Assembly: GCF_009834535.1 (NCBI RefSeq)
Contig: NC_045697.1
Coordinates: 29,948,001-30,012,000, forward strand
Length of the DNA stretch: 64,000 nt
Origin: Camelus ferus
Lineage: Eukaryota
Reading direction: 5' to 3'
Positions within the stretch are counted from its first letter, which is position 1. The number at the start of each line of letters is the position of its first letter. Under the pieces are notes generated by a model. It was not told the origin of the DNA, ran no database searches, and saw nothing but the letters and a program-made list of their open reading frames with translations. Position numbers and translations under genes: made by a program. Below, one piece after another: positions 38,739-52,420 of the stretch.

Positions 38739-40983
38739 CTTGCGTATTATGTTTGTGATGACTTTGATGGCCTTAAGATTTCAGGACTAGAAGCTACTTA
38801 GAGAGTTATTTTCGAAATAAATTCACCATTATTTCACAAATGAGGAAACTGAGACCCAGAGGGCAATGAGGCCACTTTCTTCCAGAGTTGGGACTTGCCC
38901 TGTCCTCCCTCAGGTCCTACCGGGTGCCTCTTCTGGATCCAGGCTGAGTGATGGCATTGGGTGCCTGCTGTGCAGTAGCAGCTGTGACCAAGCTCTCCTG
39001 CAGAACTGCATGGGGCACATCTACCTCCTGGGAACTCTGTCCCCCTTCCTCACTGGGAGCCCAGTTCTCCGCCTCCCTCCCCGATAGGTGTGGCAATCGC
39101 GCTGTCTTCCAGTTGGTCCTCTTTCACTGCATCAGCATTTCAGCTGCTGCAGCCTGCTCCGGGCAGAGCTGGGTTTCCTGTGCTGAGGACTGTTTTGGGA
39201 AAGGGAATGTAAGGGCACTTCAGCTGCTGTGTTGGGGCTGACAGTTGGGAGGACGCAGGAGAGATGCCCCACCCACCCCCCAGGTGTGGGCAGACTGGAG
39301 TTTTATGTGGAATATGAGGCCATGTAGTGGTAAGTAAAATGCATTATGAAAAAAAATACATGATGATGGGTGTCCATGAGTGAAGGAAGGAAGCTGTTTA
39401 GATTTTAACACTTGTTTTTTTTGAAAAGTTCCTTTTTCTACACTTAGAGTATGGCTAAAATAATACCTTGTCCTCTGTTATTTTTACCACCTGTTGCTTT
39501 TAATTAAATCTTTTTTTCCCTTTTCTAAAGAAAACATTGTCTTTTCTTTTGGGATGTGTCATGGAAGATACATAGACACAGTCAAAATAAAGGGGATTTT
39601 CAAGAACTGTGTAAATTAGAGGCAACTCTGCTACATCTTAAAAGTTTATTCCTCAACAGCACATAGCATCATGGGAAAAATGTGAGGACATACCTGTGGG
39701 GTGCTGTTTCACCTGAGCCCCCCTCACATCCTGCTCATTTCCACTGCTCCCTTTGCTTCCTAAACGTCTCCACTTCTTAAAACAAGGAGGGAAAGAACTG
39801 AGGAGGAAATAGAGGAGGGAGGTGGGGAGGGAGGCGAGTCTGAGGTCAAGGGCTGCATATCCCAGCCTAAGCCCACTCTTGTCCTTCAGAGTCAATATTT
39901 ACCTCAGGCTAGGGAAGGAATGGCGGCTCTTTCTGGACAATTCTTGAATAAAATCCCATCAAAACTGTCCAAATGCTAAACGCTTCATGGCACTGGTTAT
40001 CTCGGAGAAGGAAATTTTCCTTAGTCAAATTTATGAGGCTGGGTTGAAAACGAAGCTGAAACAGAGCCTGGCGAATCCCCACAGCAAAATGATTCATCTT
40101 CGCGGAGTCGGAAAAATCTATTTTTATCACCTTTATTCAGCCAACTCCTCATTTTTATTCCCTCACTGAACGACTGCTATTTCCTTCACGGTGCTGAATA
40201 GACCAGATGTCTCGGGAGCCTGCAACTTCTCTTTGGGCTGTTCCCAGTGGGGCTGACTCTGCGGCCTTAGGAGAAGGGGGTTGTTCCGCACTGCGCCTTG
40301 TTGGGTGCTGAGCTCCGTGAACGTCAAGTCACACGGAGGCTGAGCATTCAGGAATGCTGCCTGGGGGAGCAGGCTGCGGGGCTGACAGGGGGGACACATG
40401 CCACTCGGCTCTCCTGCCTTTTGTGTCAGGTGTGCTGAAGGTGATTGGGTGACCACTACTCTTCTTGTCTGGAAGACCTTTCCAAGGTGGGAAGCAGGGG
40501 CACGCATCCTCCGAGTGGCTTGCCTTTGTGAAGGAAAGCATAGAAAAGTTGCCAATATACTCATTCTAATAATAGAGCAGAAACACCACTTTATGCATTT
40601 CTCCATTTCCCTTTCTGCCTATGCCATTCCAGGCTGCTACATGTTCCCACTGGCTCTTGTTAAAGTCCCATGTAATGTTGAGAGGACTGGTGATTGTTTT
40701 CAATCAGAAGGTATAAAGACCTTCTAAGAAGGGGAAAGAACCAATTCTTAACAAATTTCCTTGTCTAACAGATTCTACATGCTCCCTGACTGGGAGATAC
40801 CGCAAATGGCAACTAGGAAAGCAACAGGAATGTTGACTACGTATGAACAGTGTTCAAGAGTGTTGGGGGTATTTTCGGCACATGGCATGTAGTAGGCACT
40901 CAATAAGTGTTTTACTGAATGAGTGGCCCGGATACCACTCCTTAGAGCCCTCAGTTAGTCTTCTCAACACCTGTCCTTCAAAA

Positions 40984-41185
40984 GGCAGTGCAGTTTGGTC
41001 ATTGGGAGCTGGCATTCTGGAGTCAGACGGCCTAAATTCAGTTCCTGGATTCACAACTTCTTAGCTGTGTGCTCTTTGGCAAGTTACTCAATCACTTCAG
41101 GCCTTTGTTCTTTGTTTCCTTGTCTGCAAAATGGGAATAATATAGTAACTACATCATGGTTTTCATGAAGAGTAAAGTAGTTCAT
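40984..41185 (+). mobile_element. MIR SINE
   Basis: tctggagtcagacggcct...tagctgtgtgctctttggcaagttact...tctgcaaaatgggaataatatagta. Confidence 0.8.
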
Positions 41186-43209
41186 AGAAGTAAAGAATCT
41201 AGACTTTTTCCTGTAATATGATCCAACATATGGAAAGGGGGGAAAAAAAGGCAGGAGGAGGTGGTAGAGAAGGACTGGCTATTGGAATGAATTTTGATAT
41301 TTTGACCCTGTCTTTTTCTTTTCAGTTCATTAATTCCCTTAAACCGTGATTCCAGTGAGTTACAAACTTTCCTTTCTTCAGTAGAGAAAATAATTTGAGA
41401 ATAAAAGAATAAAATGAAATTTAGAGAAAAAAAAAAGATTACTTCCAATCTCTCAACAAATAGTCATTGAGTTCCTGCTCTGTCCAAGTACTAAAGTGAA
41501 CATTGGCTATTGAGTGTTGAAACCAACAGTCGTAGTCTTTGCCTTAGTGGATGCACAGAGTCGACGCTGTTGGGCACTGTGAATTTACTGACCCGGTGAA
41601 CACAGCTGCTGTGTTTCTTTCTCTCTGTTGAGGAGGGATGTTGAGTAGACCTAAGAGAATGGTGCTTTCACACGTAGCTCCCAGCAGTGGGTGAGGAGGG
41701 AGGAAGCAGAGGGAGGGGGGGGGGGGAGCAGTGTGCAAAGTCAACTCTACAGTCATATGAAGGTAGTGAAAGATACATAGCATGGGCATTGGATTGACCC
41801 ATGAAACTGGAGGGAAATCCAAAGCAATGATGTGATAATCAACCTCTGAAACATAAAGGAGCACAGGTAAGGAGTAAAAGAATAAGAGAACAAAAGTATT
41901 TATAATGATAGGAAGTAACAGTCATTAGACCCTAAGAGTCCTCACGCCCAGGTTTGAGAGTGTAGAGTGAAGAAGGCTGGATTTCTTTGAGGTCATCCTC
42001 TCTTTTCAGCCTCTGGTACTGCCGTGGCAGGAAGGTGGGCTTCTCTTTGGTCTTTTTCAGAACCTGGAGCTTAAATACAAGGATATGTGTGAACTACTGA
42101 TCTCCATCTGGTTTTGCTGGTCTGTAGAATGTTCTGCTACTTTAATTTGATGAATCCTTTTTTTCTTTTGGAGAACAACAGTGATCTGAAACCTGCCCCT
42201 TACACCATTCGCTCGCTTTTGCCGTATCTGTTTTGAGGGGCAGTTTTAAATTCAGGTGTCTTATAGTCCAGACCTAGTGTCATCAGTGTAAATGGTGGAA
42301 TGAGATAATTAGTGATTTTTTATTCTATTTTCATCCTGATGACTTCATTAATTCCTGGGGTCTCTGTTTTCTGGAAGCAGTCATTTCTTCCACAACAGCC
42401 ATCTGAGAAGAAACCGAGCTTACAAAATGACTGGGGCATGTTTTACATGGCTGTATCCAGTTCTTCTGTTTGATTCCCATGTAAGCTTTGGCAGTGATTT
42501 CCATAAGCGTTTCTGTGGGTGGTGCTGGAGAATGACTTTGGTAAACAACCCCCTGGCTGTTGTTGGCTGGGTCTCTGCAAATACCATAAAGGACACAACT
42601 TGAAAAGTCACTGAGGTTTCCCTGCCCTTCCGAGAGCTGCCCCAGCCATATTGTGGTAGGAGCAGCGGTCAGGAACTGGTCTGTGTTTGCTGGCTGCTTC
42701 TTGGCTTTTCTGTGATAGTGTGGAATTCCGACTGCATCAAGTTTCCTCTTCTCTTATTACACATCCTGGGTTTTCACTCTAGTCCTGCTTTTGCTGGAGT
42801 CTTTTTTGATAGAATCTCATTTCATCTTCCTCATTTCTATTTCAGGGTTTCACTCCCAGAACAATTAACAAGCCTTGACTCTCAACTTACTGATTTTATC
42901 CAGGCTGTTGCTGCTGCATTTTGCTTTTAGGAATATGAACAAGCTTAGACAACTCTTAGATATAAATGAATATGGATATATATGGAGATATATATTCTGT
43001 TCTATAGGTATAAATATGTGTGTATGTGTGTATAGCTGGGTTTTTTTCCTGAGAATGTTCTAATGGTAGGAAGTCTCTGCTCCCAGACTATTCAACCAAG
43101 GTAATTGAAGATTCAAACATCTAAATATGTGAATTAAGCAGTAAAAACTCGTATAAAAAATATCCTAAGAGAAAAACAGATTTAAGTAGACTTGTGGGAA
43201 AAAACAAAA

Positions 43210-43211
<2 letters not shown>

Positions 43212-43255
<44 letters not shown>
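43212..43255 (+). repeat. (GAAA)11 tetranucleotide microsatellite
   Basis: Eleven uninterrupted units counted directly. Confidence 0.95.
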
Positions 43256-43257
<2 letters not shown>

Positions 43258-46200
43258 GAAATCTGATTGGCTGGCAACTGAGCATCCTTTTGTTTCCTGA
43301 CTCCCTTTGTCTTTCTCTCTCTCTCTGTCTCCTTTTTTTGTTGTTGTTGTTGTTGTTCTTAAATAGCCCATGCTACCCATTTCCTGAAGTTGACCTATTT
43401 CCCCTGTTTTTCTCTTCTTCCATTCCCATAAAACAAGTATTTTTACGATTTACTGCCACATTAGTATTTCAGTTGTATCCAGAAATCCATCCCATCTAAT
43501 AATAATAGAATGTGGTAGCTTATATTCTGTTATACTGTGAGCAAACTTGATCTATTTAGAGTTAGAGGAGAGTCTTTAATCAGTGCAGGATTAACCGTAA
43601 GAGAGAGAAACTTACTATGAATTTAGATGAATTGACTTTAACACATTGAAAATAAGGACTAAATAAATGATAGAATATTCTTCACATTATTGCTAAAGAA
43701 TTAATCTGTTATGATGATGGCAAAACTGATTACTGTAGGTAATGGTCAAGGGATTGGTTGCCTTTCAAGAAATAATTACCTGGCTTGTCTTTTTTGATAA
43801 ATAACATGTTGGTTCAAAGAAGGCTAATTGCACAGAGGTTGTGATTTGTGTGAGAGAGAATAACACATTGAACTGTGTCTAAGAGATTCAGGGGTCAATT
43901 GTGTTGGTGGATCTAGCACTTTCTTCCCCAACGAGGAAGGAATTTGTCCCTCAGACAACCTGGTGTCCTTCAAGGCACAGAATGTCTAACTCAGCTAAAA
44001 GTACTTAGTTTTTACTATAAACATACATACTATGCATTTTAATAGAAATATGTTAACCTAGGTGTATAGCTTTAAATATAAAGTATGAAATTGGTCTGAG
44101 TATGGTATTAAGACATCTTTGAACTACTGCTTAGTGTTTTGTCCCTAAAAGAACTTGTACTTAAGGAAGTTGGATTTTTCATATTTGCTCAAACAAGCCA
44201 ACAAGCCAGATTTAATATATATGACAATTAAACCATAGGTTCATTTTGTCCCAAATTGAAACTTTCTTCTTTTTCTTTGAGCCTAGGGATCAAGGCTAGC
44301 ATACTATCCAGTAGACTGAAATCTGTCTGCATTATGAGCACGATTAACTGGATGACATATGAAAGAACCTTGTCACAATTTTCTTTTTCTCTCCTGGTCT
44401 CAGCTCCCCTGGCAGACCTCTGAGCCCCAGATCAGAGTTATACTCTGGGGTTGTGACAACTTGGCTAGGTTTCTGATAAAAAAAACAAAGGTGTTTCTGT
44501 GTCTACTTTTACAGAGAGCATGTGGTGTGTATTTTACTCTGTGATAGGTTTTTATCACTTGGTGGAAAGATGTTATTGTATCTTAAGTGAATGCTCACTC
44601 TTTCCCTCCCTCCGTCCCTTCACAGATCTTAGTTGGTTTTTTGGTTTTTCCCCTCGTGGTTGACAGATTTAGGGGGCATGTCAACAAGACTACCATGGAA
44701 ACAGTCCTTCTGCAGATGTTTACTTCTGCATTTTTATCTGCAACTCAATCTTTTCACCTGTGGGCATGCTTTCCCACAGCAAACAGCACGATGAACTCTT
44801 GCTACCATAATTCTGACTCCCCATCCTTGCCCCCCAGCCTCCTCAGCTCCAAACCTGTGATTATGCTGGATGCTTTCTGTGTTACGCTTTGGTTTGCAAT
44901 GGGCCAGCTGAAAGATAAACAGCTATTAAATACATCTATGATCCTTTTGAGAACAAATAGAGCTGTTGAAAGAGCTTAAGAACATAGTGACTCCTTAAAA
45001 GATTGTCAACATTCTTGAACCCTTTGACTGAAAGTGAATTTTCTTCTGTGTGTATGTATATACTGAAACATATACATTTATTTATATATATATATATGAA
45101 GAACCTCAGTAGCAAGATATTAGAAGCCCCTTTTGTGTTCTTAACCTTGCAGTGTTTTTCTTGGCAGGACTTGAAGAAAACTTAGCTGTCAACTACTTTC
45201 TGCTGCTGTTGAGGGAAGCAGTTGGGGCCAGGAGACGCTGGGGTGGCAGGGAGGAGCCCACAGAGGAGAGAGGAGCCCGGGAGCTTCTGGGGGCCAGGAG
45301 CTTACCTAGTTATTCCACTGCATCACCCTGTTCCCTACGGCCACATCTTTCTTTTCTTTTCATAGTTTCTCATGTGTCTGCTCTGCTGTGGGGCTGGAAC
45401 ATTGGAGTCTACCCTGGACCACACACATCTCCTATTGCCACCAGGTTCATCTCTGGACACTAGATGAGACCTACTGCCTTTAGGATGGCTGTGCTTCCTA
45501 GGGAGCCTTGTTTTTATGTGCTGGGACAGCTGATTAAGACCCCACAAATTTTGCTGTCACAGGTTCAGCTTTGTGGGACTCCCCAACTTCCCTAAGTTAC
45601 CTCTTGGGTCTTTGACCTAAACACCGGTCGCCAGGTAATGAAGATGCAGTAATTTGACTTGGTCTCTCTTCCCTCTTCTGTCTCTTGCTTCCATCCTGAA
45701 AACAACTGCCCTGAAGTGGCAAATGCCTACAGGGACTTAAGCATCCTAGGACAGGCTACTTTATTCCTGTGTATAACCTCAGAGTTACTGTCAATATGAG
45801 GGTGAAACAGGTTTTGTCCATCATCCTGCACTGCAGGGTGATGTGAGTTGGAATGTTAAGACCAACTTGGGGTTATTTTTAGCAAAATGAAATATTTTGA
45901 TGCATATCTTGCACCTGAAATTTTTCCCAGATTTGCTATTTCTAGCTTCTTAACAACTTCACAAAGGGGTATTGTATTTGAGTCGGAAGAGAAAAATATT
46001 TTTATTTCCTGCTCTTGACGTTTGGTGGAATTGATAAAAAGCATCAAGGCTCTTTGAGTTCTGGATCGCCCACCAAAAAAAAAAAACAAAACAAAAAAAA
46101 ACACAAAACATTATGTAAGAAAGAACTTGAGTGGCTTTTTCCTGTTTGTCAGTATGAGGGGAGAGTTACTGCGGAAACTGAGGGGCAGTCATCAGCAAGA

Positions 46201-47371
46201 CTGGAAAACAAAGAGCTGAGAAAATCACAGCAAGAGGGATTGCACAGCTACCATGTCATCTGGCTCTAAACTTAACACTGACCTTGACAAAGGCTTGACT
46301 TTGCCTCTCAGGTTAGTTCAAAGGCTCCTTTACTCACCTCTATTCCTGAAGAGAAATTGTTGCAACTTGAATTGAAGGTTGTTGGAGCTATCGTGTGTTT
46401 TATTCAATGGTTTTTCAATCAGTGAACGAGTGTCTGATAGTCTCTTACGGTTGACCAGAAAATGTTAACTTAAAACATCACAGGTTTGACTTTTTAAAAA
46501 GTTAAGCAAACGCAGAGCTTATGTGCTTAAGCAGTCGGAAGGCAAAATAATGCATTCAGTCAAGACTATCCGTTTCATTTTGTACTTACTTGGTATTGTG
46601 ATTTTCCTGGCCACAGTTTAGATGGCCCAACTGCTAACGTTAGTTAAATTTGCCGATATGAAGTGTTAACAGACTGAATGCTTTACAAAAAAATGAGAAG
46701 TTATTCCTACTTGGCTTACCTTTTTATTCATTCACCAAGATTTCCCAGACTTTGTCAATAGATTTCTTTGCAGACATTCGTGGTATAGTGTTATCATTGC
46801 ATAGAAGACTGCTATGTAGAGTAGAAGAAAGCCCTCACTCGTCTCTCTCTCTCTCTTTTTTTTTTTTTTAATTAAAAAATCCCTGGGAGACATGGTTTAT
46901 GTTGTTCTGTTACACCTGTCTGTCCATGGGATGAAATCAACATGTTGATTTTTATTTGTATTTTCTTCATGCTTACTCTGAACCCTGCTCATTCAGTTTC
47001 TTTACTCCTGAGTCTCTCAGGCACTTTGAGCGTGCTGTTTCTGGACCTGATTTACTGTTCCACTTAGCATGGCATTCCAGGCCGCGGACGGGTTGCTTCC
47101 CCTTGATAGATGGTGGCACTGAAATAGCAGTGAGCTTTAGTGTAATCAGAGCTAAAATTGCTCTGCAGGGTCAGCCCCATTCTTCCTTTATTCAAGGGTG
47201 TGTTCTGTTAGCTGCAGAAATGCCAAGAGTTTCCCCTCCCCCTCTACAGGAATTCCTTAAGGTCTTCACTATAGTATTTATACTGCCTTGTCAGCTTGGG
47301 CCTTTAATGCTGGAAGAGTCAAAGATTTGCAAATGGATTTTTCTTTGCACTTTCTCCTTCCTAATACTCTT

Positions 47372-47698
47372 TTTAAATATTTTGAGGTAATTGACATATA
47401 ACATTATACAATTATACAACAAAATGATTCAATATTTGTACACATTGCAAAACGATCACCACAGTAAGTCTAGTTAACACCCATCATGGTTACAAAATTT
47501 GTTTCTTGTGATGGGAACTTTTAAGATATATTCTCTTAGCAACTTTCAAATATGCAATACAGTGTTGTTAACTAAAGTCACCATGCTGTATATTACATCC
47601 CCATGGCTTATTTGTCTTATAGCTGGAAATGTGTACCTTTTGGCCCCCTTCATTCATTTCACCCACCCCTACCCCCTGCCTCTGGCAACCACCAATCA
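47372..47698 (-). mobile_element. L1 3' UTR fragment (L1MA9-like/laurasiatherian)
   Basis: ttgacatataacattata...gatcaccacagtaagtctagttaaca...ctcttagcaactttcaaatatgcaatacag. Confidence 0.85.
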
Positions 47699-47719
47699 TA
47701 TTAACTTAAAGATGTTATA

Positions 47720-47925
47720 GAGACCCAGATTTGTCTCCTAGTTGGACCACTTTCCAGCTAGATGACCTTGGACCAGTTATTTAACCTTTTCTAAGCTTCA
47801 GCTTTCTCCTCTGTAAAATGAGGATTAACTATATTATTGATCTCATAAGACTCTTATAAGGATTAAATGAGCAGATGCATGTAAAATTAGAATGTGTACC
47901 TGGTAACTGATACATGCTCAGAAAA
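47720..47925 (+). mobile_element. MIR SINE
   Basis: tgaccttggaccagttatttaacct...ctgtaaaatgagga...aggattaaatgag. Confidence 0.8.
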
Positions 47926-49024
47926 AGGTTTTGATGGTAATGGTGCTGATGCAAGTGCTAATGTCACTCACATTCTTCCTTCACTTCTACCTTCTCACCT
48001 GTGAAATGGCATGATGAGGGTACCTAAGTCATAGATTCATGAGGAATAAAGTATATGGATCAATGTGGTGTCTTGTCTGTCCTCTCATAAGCTCCCAATG
48101 AGTGGAGGTGGAGACTTCTGCAGTTGTGTAGATTTGTTATACTTCTGTTTATCTCTACTTATACTTTAAGACATAAACCCATCCATGGGGACCTGAAACT
48201 AAACTAACCAAGTCACTCTGAGCAAGCCCATTGCTCGGTATCTAATTCCTCGCTGTAAAATGACAGCGTTAAACTAAATGCGCCAAATAGTTTCTTCCTT
48301 TAGAGTATCTTAGCAATGATCATTTCATCACTGAGCTCCGTTTTGAAAATAGCTGTTAATGAGAAACTCATCCAAAAGAACTTCTTTACCCTCTACCATC
48401 CAAGACCTTACTAAATTAGCCTCTTCAGTCTCTTAGTAAATTTTGTCTTATTTAAAAATCCAGGCTGTTTTGTTTATATGATTAATGACTTTATCGACTG
48501 GCCCTATCCGGAAGTGTAATTGATCATCAGTCTATAACTCCTCAAAGCCATTCTTATTTCTTGTGGTTATATTTTTAATCTATAAACCCTTGGCCAGTCT
48601 CACCAAGAATTAAATCCTGCTGCCTTGCAGATATACCGCATATCAAGGAATCATATTCAATTTTGTCCCTTTGCCAGTGGCTGTTCTCGCTTTGCTCTAC
48701 CCCCCAATCCTCAGCCAGTTTTTTTTCCATGTGGAAAATAGACATGAAAAACAGATTTCCATTTCAGTCTCATCACTCCTGAGGCAGGAAGACTAAGTGT
48801 GCCATGTGGTTTCAGGCCAACAACATTGGACTAGAAGCCAAAAGACCTGGGTTGTGGTCCAGACTCTGCCCCCAAAGCAGAAGGACTTTGGACAGTGACC
48901 TCCTATTGCTTTAGTCCTTGATGTTCCCATCCGTCAGATGAAAGATAGAACAGAATGAGTCCTAAGACTTTTCTACCTGTGAAAGTTTATGGTTCCTATC
49001 CCTTCCCATTTTGTCCCATACTGG

Positions 49025-49976
49025 TTTGTTTTTTTTGTTTTTTTTTTGGCTTATTTTATTTTTGTTGTTATTGTTGAGGTATAACTGACATACAACATTA
49101 TATTAGTTTCAGGTATACAACATAATGATTGATATTTGTATATATTGCAAAAGGATCACCACAGTAAGTCTAGTTAACATCCATCACCGCGTGTAGTTAC
49201 AGAATTTTTTTTCTTGTGATAAGAACTTTGAATATCTACTCTCTTAGCAACTTTTCAAATACTCTATATTATTAACTATAGTCACCATGTTGTACATTAT
49301 ATCCCCATGATTTATTTTACAACTGGAAGTTTGAATCTTTTGACCCCTTTCACTCATTTTGCCTCCTCCTACCCGCTGCCTTTGCAACTGCCAATCTGTT
49401 CTCTGTAGCTGTGAGCTTTTTTTAAAGAAAAATCCATATTTAAGTGAAATCATATGGTATTTGTCTTTCTCTGTCTGACTTATTTCACTTAGCATAAAGC
49501 CCTCAGGGTCCATCCATGTTGTCACAAATGGTGAGATTTCATTCTTTTTATGGCCGAGTAATATAGCACATTTGCTTTATCCGTTCATCCACTGCTGGAC
49601 ACTTAGGTTGTTTTCATATCTTGGTTATTGTAAATAACACTGCAGTAAACATAGGGGTGCATGTATCTTTTCAAGTTAGTGTTTCATTTTCTTTGGCTAA
49701 ATACCCAGAAGTGAAATCACTAGGTCATATGGTAGTTCTATTTTCATTTTTTTGAGGAACCTCCATACTGTTTTCCATAGTGGCTGCACCAATTTACAAT
49801 TCCACCAAGAGTACACAAAGGCTTCCTTTTCTCCTCATCCTCACCAACACTTGTTATTTGTTGTTTTTTTTTTTTTTTTTTTGATGACAGCCATTCCAAC
49901 AGGTATGAAGTAATAGCTCATTGTGGTTTTGCTTGCATTTCCCTAATGATTAGTGATGTAAAACATCTTTTTCATA
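49025..49976 (-). mobile_element. L1 3' fragment (ORF2 C-terminus plus 3' UTR)
   Basis: ORF 49244..49525 (TTWMDPEGFMLSEISQTEKDKYHMISL) matches the L1 ORF2 C-terminus; T-rich tail at 49025-49075. Confidence 0.9.
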
Positions 49977-49979
49977 CTG

Positions 49980-50448
49980 TTATTATTAGCTTCCACTTAT
50001 TTAGTACCTACAATATGACTGACATTAATAAGTCAACATTAATTGTGCTCATTTTACACTAAGCTCTTCTTAGGAACCCAGCAAGATAGATGCAACTAGT
50101 ATCCTCGTTTTATGGATGAGGAAATTGAGACACAGGGATGTTAGGTATGTGCTCAAGGTGATTGAGGAATCAAGCTGGAATTTGAATCCAGGAGTCTGAC
50201 ACCATACCCTTGTGCTTAGTCATTCTATTAAACAACATTCCTAAGCACTTAAGTTTTTCCCTTTTCCTTCCTAAAACAATGCAAAGAAGGATAGACTAGT
50301 ACCCTCATTTTATAAATGAAGAAACTAAGCACAGAGAGATTAAACATTTGGCCAAAGTAACCCAGCTAGTTAGACAAAGTAACCCAGCTGGAGGCTAGCA
50401 AGATAGAGCTGGGATTCAAGCCCAAGCCTGGCTCTTAACTACCACATT
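49980..50448 (-). mobile_element. Two adjacent MIR SINEs
   Basis: Cores ttttatggatgaggaaattgagacacag (about 50110) and cattttataaatgaagaaactaagcacagagag (about 50306). Confidence 0.75.
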
Positions 50449-51282
50449 CCATGGCCTGAGTGAGTTTCTCCCTGCTCACACAGGTACTTTAGTGATTAGT
50501 GAAAAAGCTAAGTTATGGTACATTTTTAAAAGAAGGATACTATTTTAAGCATGTAAGATAGAGGCTTTTAAGCACATGAGAGGCCAGATTTCCTTGAAGA
50601 GTAAGGTATGAATCTCTTTGAAATCAACACATTATTTATTTGCAAATAGAGTATTTTATTTAGTAAAATATTACAGTGTAATCTAGTTCTTATCTGATTT
50701 GTCTTTATCTCAAGTGATGTTATCTAAGTTAATGAAACTTCACCATGTATCCAAATTGCTAAAGATGGCAGACTTCATTCCCAACATCCTCAATGCAGCT
50801 CTAATTACTTATGTCCTCTGTTCTTCACTCTGCTGTTTAAACATCTATTTACTGTTTATCAAACCACAATTTGATAGAAACTAATTGGTTAATTTTTATT
50901 GTATGTCTGACATGTAGTAGGAGCTCAATTAATGCTTGTAGACTGACTCAATAAGGAAAAATGATTTGATACCCTTGTCCCATTTTACTCTCCTAAGCAT
51001 TAAAAAAATGAGCCTTTAACTTTCTAAAGGACTTGCAGTAAATGGCTCAAGGCCTTCTCATCTCACCATCTCTGGTTGCATCAAGTTGGAATCAATCACG
51101 CACCACTTGATCTGAAATTCTAACTAGGAGTTGACAGGAAGTGGGCAGGAACTGTTACTTTGCTTTTTATTGTTTGTGTAAATATTAAATGTCATGGCAA
51201 CAAAAAACTAACAGCCAGATGAAGAACAGAAACATATGGGGAAGTGGAACACTATCTTGAAAAAGAGGTTATTTGAAAGAAA

Positions 51283-51352
51283 TGCTTCACTTGGCTTATC
51301 TTGATATGAGTATATTGCTTCATTTGGCTTATCTTGATATGAATACATTGCT
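51283..51352. repeat. 33-bp tandem duplication
   Basis: tgcttcacttggcttatcttgatatgagtatat and tgcttcatttggcttatcttgatatgaatacat differ at 3 positions. Confidence 0.9.
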
Positions 51353-52140
51353 AACATGGTTTATACTGTTCCTGAGGAAATATAAAGATATCATTAGGGG
51401 GAAAAATAAAAGCTTTGACCATGGAAAATGTCAATATAATCAAAGAATAAATATTTAATTTCTATAATTGGGGTACAAACTCAACTCTTGAGTTTCCTGG
51501 CAGCCACAGTAAAAAGGAAAACATGATTAATTATTAACATTTTTGCTTCCATGAAACAGAGTCATATAATTTATTTTGAGAAAAAAGTCTATTCCTAACA
51601 TCTCAGTTTAGAATATAAAATCTTTTTTATAAGTCTTTCCATATGAGACTAACTCTTTGATTCCAAACACTCTGAGTGTTTCTTCTGCCTTTCTATTTCT
51701 GTGAGAGGAAATTGATACCATTCAAGATGAGAAGCAAATTTTTGAAGTCATGTCAGGTTAGTTGGATGATTAGATAAGAATACAGGTGGTCTGTGGGGGG
51801 AAATATATGTTTTTTCTCTCTCCAGCAGTGTCTGTAGGATTCATGAGTTTAGTTGAACTTTGAATCATGAATATCTATAACAGCTCTACCTTCTATTCCC
51901 AGGCTCATTAGAGCCCATGCAAAACAGTGCTTGATCCTTGAAATTTCCTGAAGGAGTCACTTGGGACAAAGCAACCCTCTTAAGGTCCGCTTTTCTTTAT
52001 GCAGCTGTATCTTGAGATTAAAGGTTGCTTTTATCCAATCAAAATGATAACTACTGAGAATCTTCCAGGGACGGTCTGTTTGGCTAGCACTGTAGCAGGA
52101 GGACACAAATGTGAGATGAAATTAGAGGGCTCATGTGGAG

Positions 52141-52420
52141 CAAGGGTCAGCAAACTATGGCCCAAACCAGCCTGCTGCCTTTTTCTCATGGCCTGCAAGC
52201 TAAACATGGTTTTTACATCTTTAAATGGTTGGAAAAAAAAAATTAAAGGATAATAATATTTTGTAACACATGAAAATTAAGTGAAATTCTAATTTCAGTG
52301 TCTATAAATAAAGTTATACTGGAATACAGCTATGCCCATTCATTTATGTAATATCTATGGCTACATATGGCCTACAAAGCCAAAAATATGCACCTTTAAT
52401 GAAAAGTATGCCAACCCCTA
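52141..52420. mobile_element. MER58B-like hAT-Charlie DNA transposon
   Basis: TIRs caagggtcagcaaact...agtatgccaacccct; internal ggtttttacatctttaaatggttggaaaaaaa and aaataaagttatactggaatacagc. Confidence 0.85.

Noticed and set aside
43194..43499. ORF with KKER repeats and a hydrophobic segment
   Set aside because: It is the translation of (GAAA)n, (CT)n and (GTT)n microsatellites.
12340..49976. Opposite-orientation L1 and MER58 copies flanking the 25437 exon as drivers of RNA pairing or circularisation
   Set aside because: They belong to different, old subfamilies that are highly diverged and far apart, so stable pairing is unsupported.
50353..50389. Direct repeat caaagtaacccagct x2
   Set aside because: A small local duplication inside a MIR with no sign of function.
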